The notes under the pieces were generated by a model. That model ran no database searches. It was given only the letters and a program-made list of their open reading frames with translations, and was not told the DNA's origin. Of a DNA stretch of 64,000 nucleotides, positions 63,335 to 64,000 are shown one piece after another. Origin of the DNA: an uncultured Bacteroidales bacterium (lineage in GTDB: Bacteria > Bacteroidota > Bacteroidia > Bacteroidales > BM520); assembly GCA_964594665.1 (NCBI GenBank), contig CAZQNY010000004.1, positions 185 through 64,184 on the forward strand. The letters run 5' to 3'. Each line of letters begins with the position of its first letter. Within the stretch, counting starts at the first letter, position 1. A program made the translations under genes and the position numbers.

Positions 63335-64000
63335 ATGAAATCAACAACACGTATTATGTTATTGGTAATGGCAATGGTAACATGCTCCACTGCTTTAGCA
63401 CACAAAAACGAGATGAAATCGAATATTTCGAAAGAGACAACAGCAAAGGTTATCCATAACCTGAAGGATGGTCTTTCAGAATCGCAGACAGCTCTTATGG
63501 AGCGTGGTGTAGTTCAAACCGCAAATCTTTGGTTTGAAGAAAATGGAACGGAAAAGGAGTTTACTGATTTCTGTAAAGAAAACTTTATTGCTGATGCAGA
63601 TGAAAAAGAGATGGTTTTCCTTAAGATCAGTCAGTATATGGAATCATTGGGAGGACATTTCAACAAAATCAGTCTGGAGCTCATGGAGAACCTGCACCTC
63701 GACAACGGTCCGCTGCATCCCATCGACGCAATGTTTGGAAGTTATTCCGCCGGAGCGCATATGTCTGATGACTTCTATGCAAACAAAATAGCCTTTATCA
63801 TCACCCTGAATTTCCCCTATTATACACTTTCAGAAAAGAACAGTCTTGGGAAAGAGTGGACTCGTCTGGAGTGGGCCTATGCGCGTCTTGGAGACACATT
63901 TACTTCACGAGTACCTGCACATCTCTCGCAGGCTACAGCAGCCGCTGAAACGCGTTCGGATATCTATATTTCTGAATATAATATTATGATGGGATACCTG
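63335..64000 (+). CDS. Secreted hypothetical protein (N-terminal 222 aa; continues beyond the window end)
   Basis: My own translation from ATG 63335 reads MKSTTRIMLLVMAMVTCSTALAHKNEM...AETRSDIYISEYNIMMGYL, with no stop before nt 64000. It is absent from the ORF track because the window edge truncates it. Confidence 0.5.
   Translation, partial: MKSTTRIMLLVMAMVTCSTALAHKNEMKSNISKETTAKVIHNLKDGLSESQTALMERGVVQTANLWFEENGTEKEFTDFCKENFIADADEKEMVFLKISQYMESLGGHFNKISLELMENLHLDNGPLHPIDAMFGSYSAGAHMSDDFYANKIAFIITLNFPYYTLSEKNSLGKEWTRLEWAYARLGDTFTSRVPAHLSQATAAAETRSDIYISEYNIMMGYL

Noticed and set aside
1-64000. Window-wide search for CRISPR arrays, tRNA/rRNA/tmRNA/RNase P genes, transposases, integrases, prophage genes, restriction-modification systems or known defence systems
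   Set aside because: I saw no direct-repeat/spacer arrays. No intergenic segment has tRNA-like or rRNA-like sequence. No ORF carries DDE, tyrosine- or serine-recombinase, methyltransferase/REase or other defence hallmarks. The region reads as core chromosome.

Overview
This is a 64-kb chromosomal segment that looks like a Bacteroidota genome. The evidence is AT-rich sequence, recurrent TAnnTTTG -7 promoter boxes, few Shine-Dalgarno sites, T9SS components and cargo, and the conserved parA-parB-DUF5683-dapB-lepB synteny. About 59 CDS lie on both strands at high coding density, and nearly all are core housekeeping genes. They cover replication and segregation (dnaB, recR, ftsK, parAB), translation and transcription (rplS, nusB), secretion (yajC, lepB, lolA, porQ), and cofactor, amino-acid and nucleotide metabolism (coaE, dapB, aroC, thyA, folA, nucleoside transporter, H+-PPase). 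I found no rRNA, tRNA, CRISPR array, transposase, integrase or recognisable defence genes, so this does not look like an accessory island, and I could not identify a clear-cut novel multi-gene system. The observations most worth follow-up are: (1) a cytoplasmic trehalose/maltose operon (TreS, a betaPGM::GH65 fusion, an embedded Udk/PRK-type P-loop kinase, and a GH13 enzyme), preceded by a LacI-type operator-like site that closely resembles a perfect 22-bp palindrome upstream of the H+-PPase gene; (2) an isoaspartyl-dipeptidase homologue in which the metal-ligand positions appear substituted, making it a candidate pseudoenzyme; (3) a small basic ORF between recR and a DUF2779 Cas4-like nuclease that ends in a consensus beta-clamp-binding QLDLF motif; (4) an orphan intrinsic terminator with a 22-aa hydrophobic mini-ORF in the largest intergenic gap; (5) a DUF4301 protein carrying UDPGP-type nucleotidyltransferase-like motifs. 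All functional calls come from reading the supplied translations and my own motif recognition. No database search was run.
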